Virus record (IMG/VR): IMGVR_UViG_3300029288_000087
DNA: 64,000 bases
DNA from: an uncultured virus (IMG/VR IMGVR_UViG_3300029288_000087)
Lineage: Duplodnaviria > Heunggongvirae > Uroviricota > Caudoviricetes
Direction: 5' to 3' (one strand)
Every line of letters begins with the position of its first letter. The first letter of the stretch is position 1. The notes under the pieces are model-generated. The model saw only the letters and a program-made list of their open reading frames with translations. It had not been told where the DNA came from and ran no database searches. Of this stretch, positions 1 through 9,314 are shown one piece after another. Position numbers and translations under genes: made by a program.

Positions 1-1612
1 CGGCGGGGAGGGGCATGATGTCCGCGAGCGTCAACGGCTTGTCCACCCAGTCTCCGCACGCTCCCGTGTGCAGGTTGCGTCGCACGCACACCACGCGCCA
101 GCACGTCTCGCACGTCCGCTGCGGCGGGGGCTGCACCATGTGCGGCACGTCTCGCGGCACCGTCGTTGTGTAGTGCTCACCGTGGCAGTCGGAGCACGGC
201 GCCGGGTCGATGCGCGACTTGTCCCAGTAGCAGCCCGCGCACGGGGAAGGCTTCGGGGGCTGCTCAACCTCCTGGTCGCGCGGGTCGGGGTGCGGCGGAG
301 CGAGAGAAGCTTCCATAGCCGCCAGTTTCTCGACTACGATTACCACACTTTGCAGCAGCGCGTTCTCGCTGGACAGGCCGGTAGCCAGGTTGAGTAATCG
401 CATTGCTTCACGCCACTGATACTCCCGATCAGTGAACCCGGGGCCTTGGCTATCGAGCCCCACTGCCTCGACGGCGGAAGGGGGTTGCGAAGGCGCATTC
501 CCATACTGCTTCTCAGGGGCGGGGAGGGGCTTGAATTGCGTGCAGCCGTCGAACGTGAGCACCTTGCACTTCGATGGATCGAAGGCGGCGCACCGACTCT
601 CGCACGTCCGCTGCGCCGCTGGCTCGCACGCATCGGCCAGCTTGCGAAACGCGCTCGCGGTGCCCTTCCAGTCGGTGCCGTCGTCGGTGGGTGAGGGCTG
701 CACAGTGGCAGGGTCGGCAGCGGGGGAGGCGGCATGCATCGGACACGACGCCTTGCTACACCCGTTGCAACCGGCACACTTCCGCGCCGCCTCGACCACC
801 GCGCGCATGGCGTCGCGTTCCTTCTCTACCTCGGTCCTGCGACGAGCTTGATACTGCGCCGTTTCGATCCACTGGGCGCGTCCCCGGTCTGCTTCGATGC
901 GCTCTTTCTCGGCTTTGCACTGCGCCGACACTGCGACAGTGAGCCTTGTGCACGTCTCGCGAAGTTCCGCCTTGTACTCATCCCGCTCCTTCTCGGCCTT
1001 GCGCTGGGAGGCGAGGGCGGCGTCACGCTCCGACTTCACGCCTCCGACCTCGATGCGAAGGTAGGCGATCAGATCCTCCGCATCCCTCACCCGTGCCTGC
1101 GCGGCGTCGCGCTCTGCAATGGCGGCGTTGTACTGCACGAGCCCAGGAACGGTCTCCTGCGCAGGGGCGGAGGCACAAGACGGGCAGAGAGAGGGAGGGG
1201 GCGTCTGTAGGTATACTGGTTTGAACGTCACGGGGTCGTGCGGGTTGTCGTTGTCTCGGTACAGAGTGGCCTGCATGTCGTGCCTATAGTCCGACGATGG
1301 CATCCACAGCGGCTGTCCGTTACTGCTACTGATGGCAACCCACCCGACCGGCTCCCCCTGCGGCGGCGCGGGGACGACTTCGGCGAGACGGCTCTTCAAA
1401 TCCGCCAAGGCGTTGTCGCGAACGGTGCTCACGCGCGCCTCGGAGACGCTGCGCAGAACATACCCGGCCACCTCAAGATCCTTCGGCTCAGCCCGCACAT
1501 ACAGCGATGCGTCCAAAGGACCGCAATCGTCTGCGCCCACCGGAGCCTTGTACAGCCGCATCTTCTGCGGCTCTAGCCATTCAACGGTCTCGATGACATC
1601 GCGGATTTTCAT
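1..1612 (-). CDS. Hypothetical protein with coiled-coil and Cys-rich segments (>537 aa, runs off the window edge)
   Basis: Manual translation: MKIRDVIETVEW... stays open to position 1. ATG overlaps the stop of the HTH gene (ATGA). Missing from the ORF track because no stop lies in the window. Confidence 0.75.
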   Translation of the reverse strand, partial: MKIRDVIETVEWLEPQKMRLYKAPVGADDCGPLDASLYVRAEPKDLEVAGYVLRSVSEARVSTVRDNALADLKSRLAEVVPAPPQGEPVGWVAISSSNGQPLWMPSSDYRHDMQATLYRDNDNPHDPVTFKPVYLQTPPPSLCPSCASAPAQETVPGLVQYNAAIAERDAAQARVRDAEDLIAYLRIEVGGVKSERDAALASQRKAEKERDEYKAELRETCTRLTVAVSAQCKAEKERIEADRGRAQWIETAQYQARRRTEVEKERDAMRAVVEAARKCAGCNGCSKASCPMHAASPAADPATVQPSPTDDGTDWKGTASAFRKLADACEPAAQRTCESRCAAFDPSKCKVLTFDGCTQFKPLPAPEKQYGNAPSQPPSAVEAVGLDSQGPGFTDREYQWREAMRLLNLATGLSSENALLQSVVIVVEKLAAMEASLAPPHPDPRDQEVEQPPKPSPCAGCYWDKSRIDPAPCSDCHGEHYTTTVPRDVPHMVQPPPQRTCETCWRVVCVRRNLHTGACGDWVDKPLTLADIMPLPA

Positions 1613-1896
1613 GCACACCCCCCGCCGACCGCCTTGCGGTTCTCTTCCTTCTTGAACTTGTACGCGACCCGCGTCTCCTTCGGATAGAACCACGCGCGCA
1701 GCTTCACCTTCCCCTTCGTCAGATACTGGATCGCCAGCCTGTACGTCGTGTCCGGGCGGTTCTCTCCGCTGAGCCACCTGTACACGGTCGGCTGCTTGAC
1801 ACCCAGCGTTTCCGCCAGCCACTTCTGACTGCGCCCGAACTTGCGCCCCGACACCAGCCAGTCCCTGAGCATTCTTCCTGCGGAAGGTAGTTCCAT
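1609..1896 (-). CDS. Cro/CI-like (XRE) helix-turn-helix regulator
   Basis: SQKWLAETLGVKQPTVYRWLSGENRP is a typical XRE HTH; gene is divergent from the recombination operon. Confidence 0.85.
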   Translation of the reverse strand: MELPSAGRMLRDWLVSGRKFGRSQKWLAETLGVKQPTVYRWLSGENRPDTTYRLAIQYLTKGKVKLRAWFYPKETRVAYKFKKEENRKAVGGGCA

Positions 1897-1977
1897 GCGG
1901 CCAATATACGCGCCCGTATGAAAAAGTCAACGCATCCGTATTGACTTCCGCTGGACAGATGGATACTCTCAAGCCGC
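1897..1977. promoter_or_regulatory. Back-to-back sigma70-type promoters with two operator-like palindromes
   Basis: Minus: TTGACT(1930-1925)-16-TATATT. Plus: TTGACT(1941-1946)-17-TACTCT. Palindromes ATACG-N4-CGTAT (1906-1919) and CAACG-N4-CGTAT (1928-1941). Confidence 0.7.
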
Positions 1978-3006
1978 ATGGGACTTTCGCTCGCACAGCT
2001 CAAGATGCGCCGCTCTGGCATCACGGCAACGGACATCTCCGCCATCCTTGGTGAGAACCCCTGGCACAAGCCCATCGACGTGTGGATGGACAAAATGGGC
2101 TACACGCCGCTGGAGAAGCCGGGCGGCGAGCGCGCGGACATGGGCAACGCCTTCGAGTCCGCGGTCGCGCAGTATTACAAGAGGACGCAGTGCCCGACCG
2201 GCAAGCACTGGCGCATCTACAAGCCCACGGTCACCATCCGCAGCAAGCAGTGCGAGTGGGCCCTGGCGACCCCGGACAGGTACGTGTTCGAGAACGATGC
2301 GGGCGTGTCCTTCATCAGCGCCAGTGGCTTGGATGCCATGAGCGGAAAGGCGCACCATCTTCTTGAGGTGAAGCTCGTCGGTCCGAGAGCCATGGACAAG
2401 TGGCTCTTGCGTAATGACGAGCCCGAGGTCGAATGTGACGCGGACCGCCTGCCGACGTACGTCTACTGTCAGGTGCAGTGGCAGATGTTCGTGACGGAGC
2501 ACTACAAGCGGTGCGACGTTGCTGCGCAGCTTGGGGGCACCAGCTTCCGGGTCTTCAATATCGACAGGGACGACGCGTTCCTGGATCATGCCGTCAAGAC
2601 AGCGGAACGCTTCTGGGCCCGCAACGTGGTGGGCAAGGCCACCCCCGAGCCTGACGGCAGCGAGTCGTACAAGGGCTTCCTGAACCAAACCTTCCCGGAT
2701 GCGAAGGTCGTCGATCTCGTGCCCGCTCCAGCAGAAGCGGAGCAGATCGCACGCAGCTACAAGGACGCTTGCGCTCTGAAGGCCGAAGCCGATGAAGATC
2801 GTGAGACGTGCTCGCAGCAGCTCAAGACGATCATCGGCAGCGGCGCGGGCATCGAGGGGTCGTGGGGCAAGGCGACGTGGCTTACCTCGCGCGGGCAGGT
2901 GGACTACAAGAAGCTCTGCGAAGCGCTCAAGGTGCCGCAGGGGACGATCGAGAAGTACAGGGGCACGAACCGGGTTCTTCGCGTCACGATGAAGGGTGAG
3001 AAGTAG
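1978..3006 (+). CDS. YqaJ-like (lambda-exonuclease family) recombination nuclease
   Basis: RRSGITATDISAILGENPW, ATPD, LEVK and QVQWQM motifs. Confidence 0.9.
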   Translation: MGLSLAQLKMRRSGITATDISAILGENPWHKPIDVWMDKMGYTPLEKPGGERADMGNAFESAVAQYYKRTQCPTGKHWRIYKPTVTIRSKQCEWALATPDRYVFENDAGVSFISASGLDAMSGKAHHLLEVKLVGPRAMDKWLLRNDEPEVECDADRLPTYVYCQVQWQMFVTEHYKRCDVAAQLGGTSFRVFNIDRDDAFLDHAVKTAERFWARNVVGKATPEPDGSESYKGFLNQTFPDAKVVDLVPAPAEAEQIARSYKDACALKAEADEDRETCSQQLKTIIGSGAGIEGSWGKATWLTSRGQVDYKKLCEALKVPQGTIEKYRGTNRVLRVTMKGEK

Positions 3007-3014
3007 GAGGAAAC

Positions 3015-3704
3015 ATGTTGGGGAACGTCTTGATCTGTGATGTGGAAACGACTGGGTTGGACCCGGACTCGGACTTTGTGATCGAAATCGCCGCGGTCGG
3101 CTACAACGTGCCAAACCATAGTGTCGTCGAAGCATTCTCGTGCGTCGTCAGCTCTACCGACGACAACAAGGCCGAGGCGATCAACCATATTCCATCGGCC
3201 ATCTTGTCGCTCTCCAGTAAGTGGCCAACGGATGTCTGGAACATCGCCAACGCCATGAGCATAGGGTGCGACGCTGTCCTCGCCCACAACGCGTCGTTCG
3301 ATTACCAGTGGGTGGAGAAGACCGTAGCGGAGAGGCTGTACAATCTCCCCTGGATCGACACCTGCGACGGGATCACGTGGCCCAAGCAGGCCAAGCCCGG
3401 CTCCTCGTTGATCTCGCTCGCCCTGGAGCATGGTCTCGCCGTCGTCGATCCTCATCGCGCGCTCTCGGACTGTCTGCTGCTAGCCCGTCTGCTCACGCGT
3501 TGTGCCGAACTCGGCCACGACGTTCAGGCAATGCTCGCCAGGGGGCTGCGCCCACAGACGCTCGTGCAGGCGCTGGTGTCCTTCGAGGAGAGAGACAAGG
3601 CGAAGGAACTTGGCTTTCACTGGGACAGCGCCAACAAGCGATGGATCCGCCGCATGCCCCTTGAGGATTGCGCCGCCCTGCCATTCTCGGTACGACCAGT
3701 CTGA
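3015..3704 (+). CDS. DEDDh 3'-5' exonuclease (DnaQ-like)
   Basis: DVETTG, AHNASFD and HRALSD motifs. Confidence 0.9.
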   Translation: MLGNVLICDVETTGLDPDSDFVIEIAAVGYNVPNHSVVEAFSCVVSSTDDNKAEAINHIPSAILSLSSKWPTDVWNIANAMSIGCDAVLAHNASFDYQWVEKTVAERLYNLPWIDTCDGITWPKQAKPGSSLISLALEHGLAVVDPHRALSDCLLLARLLTRCAELGHDVQAMLARGLRPQTLVQALVSFEERDKAKELGFHWDSANKRWIRRMPLEDCAALPFSVRPV

Positions 3705-3714
3705 GGAGACTACC

Positions 3715-4371
3715 ATGCCGAAGGTTGATACGATCGTCACCAAGTTCACCCAGGAAGAGCTTGCCACTGCGCTGTGCCGCGCCCATCTCGCCTACTTCGG
3801 CGAGACGCCCGCGGATCCGTGCCTTGCCTGCGCATGGGCGCACAACGTGCTGGAGTGCGGCAGGGACGCCCACGGCGTGATCTCCAGCTGCCGGTGTTTC
3901 AACCTGGGCAACATCACCATCGCTGCGAAGGACTACGAGTCCGTCCCCTACTGGCAGATCGTCTGCTCCGAGCAGCAGCGCAACGGCGATGGGTCGCTCA
4001 ACGGCAAGTGGGTCAGCACCGTGATGCGCTTTGCAGCGTTCGACTCGCTGCTGGACGGGGCGATCTTCTACTGGGCGCTTCTTGCGCGTCGGCCTCGCAG
4101 CCTTGCGGCAATGCGGACCGGCGACGGCTACAAGTTCGGCCTAGCCCTTGGGGCCGATCACTACATGACCGCCAACCCTGAGCCATACGCTAGGTCGCTC
4201 GCGTCTCTTGCGCGAGAAGGCGCAGCACTCGTACAGGGCTTGGCAATCCAGGACACCTCTGGTGACGCAGATCGCGCCGGGCAGCTGATGAACATGATCG
4301 CGCTGACTCTGGACGAGTCGGTGCGCGACTTCTTGAATCCACCAAAGGACGAAGGGGAATCTAATACATGA
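3715..4371 (+). CDS. Putative lysozyme-like peptidoglycan hydrolase (GH73/glucosaminidase-like)
   Basis: LECG...FNLGNI...FAAFDSLLDGA...YMTA pattern; RBS GAGGAG before ATG 3715. Confidence 0.5.
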   Translation: MPKVDTIVTKFTQEELATALCRAHLAYFGETPADPCLACAWAHNVLECGRDAHGVISSCRCFNLGNITIAAKDYESVPYWQIVCSEQQRNGDGSLNGKWVSTVMRFAAFDSLLDGAIFYWALLARRPRSLAAMRTGDGYKFGLALGADHYMTANPEPYARSLASLAREGAALVQGLAIQDTSGDADRAGQLMNMIALTLDESVRDFLNPPKDEGESNT

Positions 4372-5243
4372 CCAACGGAAACGTAGAACAGAAGGACTCC
4401 GCCATCACGCTCCTGCGCAAGGACGTGGAATCCCAGATCGAGAGGGCGCGGGCGCTCATCGAGCCTGCGCTGCCGAAGTCGTGTGACTTCAAGCAGCTCG
4501 TTGCCAAGACGCTGGTGGCCATTCAGAGCACGCCCAGCCTCGCGGACACCAACGCCGTCTCGATCTTCTGGTGCTTCGTGCACGCCGCTGAGCTGGGGCT
4601 GTCGCTCGACGTGTCGAGTCAGGAGGCCCACATCATCCCGTTCGAGGACAAGAAGCACGGACGCGGCAAGCGGGCCAAACTCATCACCGGCTACCGCGGC
4701 CTCGTCAAGCTCGCCTTGCAGCATCCGAAGGTGCTCAGTGTCCACGCCAGGGCGGTCTGCGAGAAGGACAAGTTCGAGTACGACGAGGGGTCCACTCCGT
4801 TCGTTGTGCACAAGAGGTTCCTGGGAAGCGATCATCCCGGTGAGGTGATCGCCGCGTATGCGGTCATCAGCCTCCAGAACGGCGGTAGGATCGTCGGTGT
4901 CATGTCCAGGTTCGACGTGGACAAGGTGCGCGCCATGTCCCGCGGGTCGAGCGACCCCGACTCGCCGTGGACGAAGTGGTACGACCAGATGGCGGCGAAG
5001 ACCGTCCTTCGCAACACCCTGAAGCAGAGCCCCAGGTCAGTCGAGGCGGAGAAGGCTCTCGCGCTCGAAGACGCGGCTGAGCAGGGCGTGATCGAGCCCG
5101 GCGAGGAGATCGTCGTGGCCAAGCGCGGCCAGCCAGCCCAGGGACGGGTGAGCAGGATGCGAGGCCGGGTTGCGCAGCAGGCAGAGGCGGAACCGACGAA
5201 CAACGGTCGCGACGAAGAGCCGCCGCCGGATGATCTGCCGTGA
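4368..5243 (+). CDS. recT: RecT-family ssDNA annealing recombinase
   Basis: AELGL, LITGYRGLVKLA, AAYAV and SPWTKWYDQMAAKTVLR motifs; co-located with YqaJ. Confidence 0.9.
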   Translation: MTNGNVEQKDSAITLLRKDVESQIERARALIEPALPKSCDFKQLVAKTLVAIQSTPSLADTNAVSIFWCFVHAAELGLSLDVSSQEAHIIPFEDKKHGRGKRAKLITGYRGLVKLALQHPKVLSVHARAVCEKDKFEYDEGSTPFVVHKRFLGSDHPGEVIAAYAVISLQNGGRIVGVMSRFDVDKVRAMSRGSSDPDSPWTKWYDQMAAKTVLRNTLKQSPRSVEAEKALALEDAAEQGVIEPGEEIVVAKRGQPAQGRVSRMRGRVAQQAEAEPTNNGRDEEPPPDDLP

Positions 5244-5464
5244 TCCTGTACGTGATCTACCGCCCGACCACCTCGGACCACTCTGGCAAGTGGGTTGTGC
5301 GAAAGCACTACATCCTGCCAGGGGTTCCGGTGGGCGTGCCCGACTCAACCGGAGCGGTGCTGGCCGACACCCTGGAGCAGGCCCGTGCCCAAGTCCCCGC
5401 TGGGCTGGAGTGCATCGTGCGGCATCCCGACGACGATCCGGTGATCGAAGAGACTTGGCTGTGA
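5240..5464 (+). CDS. Hypothetical protein
   Basis: GTGA overlap with recT stop; plausible composition. Confidence 0.7.
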   Translation: MILYVIYRPTTSDHSGKWVVRKHYILPGVPVGVPDSTGAVLADTLEQARAQVPAGLECIVRHPDDDPVIEETWL

Positions 5465-5477
5465 TACCATCGATCGC

Positions 5478-5747
5478 ATGAGACTCGCCCTCGTCCTGCT
5501 CTGCACTTTCGTCTGCGGCTGCGGCAACTGCAATCCGGTCCACAACCCCGTCTCCTCCGAGTACCCCTGCGGCACCCGGGCGCATGCGTGCTCGACAGCG
5601 CCGCTGAGCTGCTGCTGGAACGATCTCGTGTGCGGCGGAGAGGTCGGCAGCGGGTGCCCGGCTGGGATGTGCTGCTACGGTGGGGACTCGTTCGCCGCGC
5701 GCCAGGACGGCGGCAACGCCGCACCGTCGAGGCAGTGGCAACCCTGA
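5478..5747 (+). CDS. Small Cys-rich secreted or lipoprotein
   Basis: Hydrophobic signal, VCGC lipobox-like motif, many Cys; TACCAT 7 nt upstream. Confidence 0.65.
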   Translation: MRLALVLLCTFVCGCGNCNPVHNPVSSEYPCGTRAHACSTAPLSCCWNDLVCGGEVGSGCPAGMCCYGGDSFAARQDGGNAAPSRQWQP

Positions 5748-5822
5748 ATCGTTGTGGTACTCTTGAAGCAGTGGCACCGGCTGACGCGGCCCCCCCCTCC
5801 GCGTCGTCGGTGCTGCTCTTTA

Positions 5823-6347
5823 TCAGAAGCCCATGCGGAAGGGCGAGTTCGGATCACTCTCGTGGCGGATCTCGTCCACATCGCCATCGCGATTCATCCC
5901 CTTGTAAAGCCGGTCTGGGAAGTTCACGACGAGCCCTGGAACCGCGCCCACGTTGCGGTACCCGTGCACGACCCCCGGGGGAACGATCAGCATGCACGGG
6001 TTGGAATCGCCCATCCACAGCTTCATCGACTTGCCGTACGTGGGCGAGCCCTTCCGGTTGTCCCAGAGCATGATCAAGAAGTCTGACGGCCCTGTGAAGC
6101 AGAACATGTCCGTCTGCTCCTTATGCTCATGCGGCCCGCGGTCAACGCCGGGGCCGGTCATGGACAAGTAGCACATGGCAGGAACGGGGATGTTGTCGGA
6201 CGCGAACTTCAGGTTCGCCCACTTCGCGCACCGCTTGATCTCGTCGTGCCTAAGAAGCTCGCACAGCCAGCCCCTATCGTCCGTGTGCTTGCTCAGGATC
6301 GCAAAGTATATACCCTCCAACCAGTTGCCTTCTTTTTTGAGTTCCAC
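5823..6347 (-). CDS. rmlC: dTDP-4-dehydrorhamnose 3,5-epimerase
   Basis: DDRGWL, RGPHEH, DNRKGSPTYG and PPGVVHGY motifs; GTG start after GGAGG. Confidence 0.9.
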   Translation of the reverse strand: MELKKEGNWLEGIYFAILSKHTDDRGWLCELLRHDEIKRCAKWANLKFASDNIPVPAMCYLSMTGPGVDRGPHEHKEQTDMFCFTGPSDFLIMLWDNRKGSPTYGKSMKLWMGDSNPCMLIVPPGVVHGYRNVGAVPGLVVNFPDRLYKGMNRDGDVDEIRHESDPNSPFRMGF

Positions 6348-6349
6348 AA

Positions 6350-7429
6350 CTACCTCCTGCCGCACGTGATGACCGTGTCGTCCCCAACGGTGAGAGACAG
6401 CCCGCTGTGCGCCAGCGTGTCCTTGATGACTACGCGCCTTCCGACCAGAGCATCCTCCAGGCGGGGCACGCCGACAATCCGGCTGTCCTCCATGATGACC
6501 GAGTGCGACACGGTAGACTCGACGACGCACGCTCTGTCGCCAATCGACGTGAATGGGTCAATCCTTGAGTTGCAGATGCTCGCGCCCAAACCGATGATGA
6601 CCGGGCCTCGGATCGTGGAGTTCTGGATAATGGCCCCGTTGCCAACGCGTACGCGGCCCCACAGCTTGCTCTTCTCATCTATGTGCGCCCCTGCGCTACC
6701 AGACTCCAGGAGGCTGTCCAGAACCGTGTCGTTCGCGAGCAGGAGGTCGTCCTTCTTGCCGGTGTCGAGCCACCACGATGTGACCATCGAGTAGCCGACC
6801 TTGCCGCCCATCTCGATCAGCTCCTCGATCGCATCGGTGATCTCCAGCTCGCCTCGCTTCGACGGCTTGATTCGATCGATCGCCTCGAAGATGCGCGCGC
6901 GGAACAAGTAGATCCCCACGAGAGCGAGATTCGAGATGCGCTCCTTCGGCTTCTCGATCAGCTGGACGATCCCGCCATCCTTGTTGAGGACAGCAACGCC
7001 ATACGATGCCGGGTTCGAGACCTCCTTGAGCATGACCGCCGCGTCCACGCCCTTCTGCCATACAAACTCCTGGACCGGAGCAACGATCGACGTGCCGATC
7101 AGGTTGTCTCCAAGGTACATGCAGAAGTCGCTGTCGCCCAGAAACGGCTTCGCCACCAGAACCGCGTGGGCAAGCCCAGCAGGCTGCTCCTGGCGGATGA
7201 ATGTGAACTTCACGCCCCACTTAGTTCCGTCCCCGAGCGCTTGCTGAATCTCAAGCCCGGTCTCGGGCGAGATGATCACCCCGATGTCCCTGACGCTCGC
7301 GCGCGCGAGGCTCTCGATGACGTAGAACAGGATCGGCTTGTTCGCCACGGGCACGAGCTGCTTCGCTCCGCTGTACGTGATCGGACGAAGTCGGGTTCCA
7401 CAACCCCCCGCGAGGACGAGTCCCTTCAC
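6350..7429 (-). CDS. rmlA: Glucose-1-phosphate thymidylyltransferase (long form)
   Basis: KGLVLAGGCGTRLRPIT, KQLVPVANKPI, LGDN and RGELEITD motifs; C-terminal hexapeptide repeats. Confidence 0.95.
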   Translation of the reverse strand: MKGLVLAGGCGTRLRPITYSGAKQLVPVANKPILFYVIESLARASVRDIGVIISPETGLEIQQALGDGTKWGVKFTFIRQEQPAGLAHAVLVAKPFLGDSDFCMYLGDNLIGTSIVAPVQEFVWQKGVDAAVMLKEVSNPASYGVAVLNKDGGIVQLIEKPKERISNLALVGIYLFRARIFEAIDRIKPSKRGELEITDAIEELIEMGGKVGYSMVTSWWLDTGKKDDLLLANDTVLDSLLESGSAGAHIDEKSKLWGRVRVGNGAIIQNSTIRGPVIIGLGASICNSRIDPFTSIGDRACVVESTVSHSVIMEDSRIVGVPRLEDALVGRRVVIKDTLAHSGLSLTVGDDTVITCGRR

Positions 7430-8490
7430 TTCGGCCCCACGCCGAGCCCCAAGCGCTCGCGGTTGTACTTTGCCTTGGCCTTCTCGCACCAGTCCAGGTG
7501 CTCCAGGTACCAGCGGACGGTGTGGCGTATGTCTTTCTCGAAGTCGCGCTTCGGCAACCACCCCGTATGCCTCCACAGCTTCGATGCTTCGATTGCGTAG
7601 CGAAAGTCGTGCCCCGGGCGATCCGTCACGAACCCGATCAGCCTGCGGTATCCGTTCTGGTTCTCTCGTAGCCAGCTGAGCGCGTCGCAGATCGAATGCA
7701 CGACCTGTAGCGTGTTCCGCTCTTGGCTACTACCAATGTTGTAGACCTCCCCAGGCGTCCCATCGGTCGCCACACGTATGAGCGCTTCGCAGTGGTCGTC
7801 CACATGGATCCAGTCACGCACGTTCATGCCGTTGCCGTAGACCGGGATGGGCTTGCCCTCGATGGCGTTCAAGATCGTGAGCGGGATGAGCTTCTCGGGG
7901 AACTGGTAGGGGCCGTAGTTGTTCGAGCAGTGCGTGATGATCGTCGGCATCCCGTAGGTCTTGTTGTACGCGCGCACGAGGTGGTCCGACGCGGCCTTCG
8001 TCGCTGCGTAGGGTGAGTTGGGAGCATACGGGCTGTTCTCGGTGAACTTCGCGTCATCCATCCCAAGCGACCCGTAGACTTCATCGGTGGAGACGTGGAT
8101 GAATCGGCACGAGCCTGAGCAGCCGCTGCCGCTGCTCCAGTAGTCCTTCACGGCGTTGAGCATCCTCGCTGTGCCCGCAACGTTGGTTGACACGAACGGC
8201 ATGACCCCGTCGATGGATCGGTCCACGTGGGTTTCAGCGGCGAGGTGGAACACGACCGTGGGCTTGAACCACGCAATCTCGTTGTAGAGATTGCCGGTCC
8301 TGATGTCCAGATCCGCAAACTCGAACCGAGGATCTTCAGCCACGTCGGCGAGGTTCTCCATGCTGCCCGCGTAGGTAAGCGCGTCAATGATGTACACGCT
8401 GACCTCGGGCTCCTTGAGCAGCATGCGCACAAGGTTCGATCCGATGAAGCCTGCGCCACCCGTTATGACGTACCTCTTTTCGCCGCTCAC
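7426..8490 (-). CDS. rmlB: dTDP-glucose 4,6-dehydratase
   Basis: TGGAGFIGS, AAETHVDRSI, STDEVYG, YAATK and NNYGPYQFPEKLIP motifs. Confidence 0.97.
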   Translation of the reverse strand: MSGEKRYVITGGAGFIGSNLVRMLLKEPEVSVYIIDALTYAGSMENLADVAEDPRFEFADLDIRTGNLYNEIAWFKPTVVFHLAAETHVDRSIDGVMPFVSTNVAGTARMLNAVKDYWSSGSGCSGSCRFIHVSTDEVYGSLGMDDAKFTENSPYAPNSPYAATKAASDHLVRAYNKTYGMPTIITHCSNNYGPYQFPEKLIPLTILNAIEGKPIPVYGNGMNVRDWIHVDDHCEALIRVATDGTPGEVYNIGSSQERNTLQVVHSICDALSWLRENQNGYRRLIGFVTDRPGHDFRYAIEASKLWRHTGWLPKRDFEKDIRHTVRWYLEHLDWCEKAKAKYNRERLGLGVGPK

Positions 8491-8861
8491 TTTCCCGGCT
8501 CCCGCTCCCTGGCCTCCGCCGAGATGTTGAAGCGCTGCTCGTACTCGCGACACTTCTTCAGCAGCCGCGTGTTCTCGTTCTTGTACCAGCTGATCTTGTC
8601 CTGCATTGCCCAGTACCGTGAGGCGTACCAGCCCATCTTCTTGCTCAGCGGCGCGAGCACCTTGTACAGCACGTCCACGTCTCCCTTGGAGAGCTTGCCA
8701 AGGAGCACACCCGCAAGCAGAGCCTCCTTGGAGGCCTGCACATCGGCCCCATCCTGCTGGTCAGTGTAGCCAGCTGGCGGGGCCTCTGGGTACTCGTCCG
8801 GGAGACGCGCGGCCCGGTCAAGGTCGGCGGTCTCCACCACAGCTTTCTTCTTTTCAGTCAT
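8487..8861 (-). CDS. Hypothetical protein
   Basis: MTEKKKAVV...; RBS GGAGG; stop overlaps rmlB start. Confidence 0.7.
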   Translation of the reverse strand: MTEKKKAVVETADLDRAARLPDEYPEAPPAGYTDQQDGADVQASKEALLAGVLLGKLSKGDVDVLYKVLAPLSKKMGWYASRYWAMQDKISWYKNENTRLLKKCREYEQRFNISAEAREREPGK

Positions 8862-9243
8862 CGCTTCCTCCGTCTCCCTCCGGAACATCGCCCCCGAGCT
8901 GATCTCGAATCGCCTGCGTAACGACCTCGAACGGCACCACCTGCTTGGGCCGGAAGTTGTACCGAGTGATTCGCTTGCCGTCGATCTCCTCGATCGAGGA
9001 TCGGATCTCGCCCACAACGTGGACCCACATCCCCTTGCGCAGCCTGTCGGCCATCTTCACGGCGAAGTCCCCGAACCACGCGAACGTCACCCAGGTCGTG
9101 TCCTCCTCCCACTTGTCGTTCTTCAAGTAGGGGATGTTCGCGGCAGCAACGACCTGGAGCCGCTTCTGCCCGTTTAGAAGCGTCTTCATCGACGGATCTT
9201 TGGCGATCCGCCCGAGAAATGTGAACGTTGCGATTCCGCGCAT
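8854..9243 (-). CDS. ssb: Single-stranded DNA-binding protein
   Basis: FLGRIAKDP...WEEDTTWV...LRKGMWVHVVGEIR; acidic tail; RBS GAGGAG. Confidence 0.85.
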   Translation of the reverse strand: MRGIATFTFLGRIAKDPSMKTLLNGQKRLQVVAAANIPYLKNDKWEEDTTWVTFAWFGDFAVKMADRLRKGMWVHVVGEIRSSIEEIDGKRITRYNFRPKQVVPFEVVTQAIRDQLGGDVPEGDGGSDD

Positions 9244-9314
9244 CGACGATCTCCTCGCTTTGGGAATATACGAGAGCGTAAAGCGTCGAAAGGGGCCTGT
9301 CAACAGGGAACGGA

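Noticed and set aside
5478..5747. Host assignment to Myxococcota from Cys-rich lipoprotein style and high GC
   Set aside because: Suggestive only; needs a CRISPR-repeat match or gene phylogeny.
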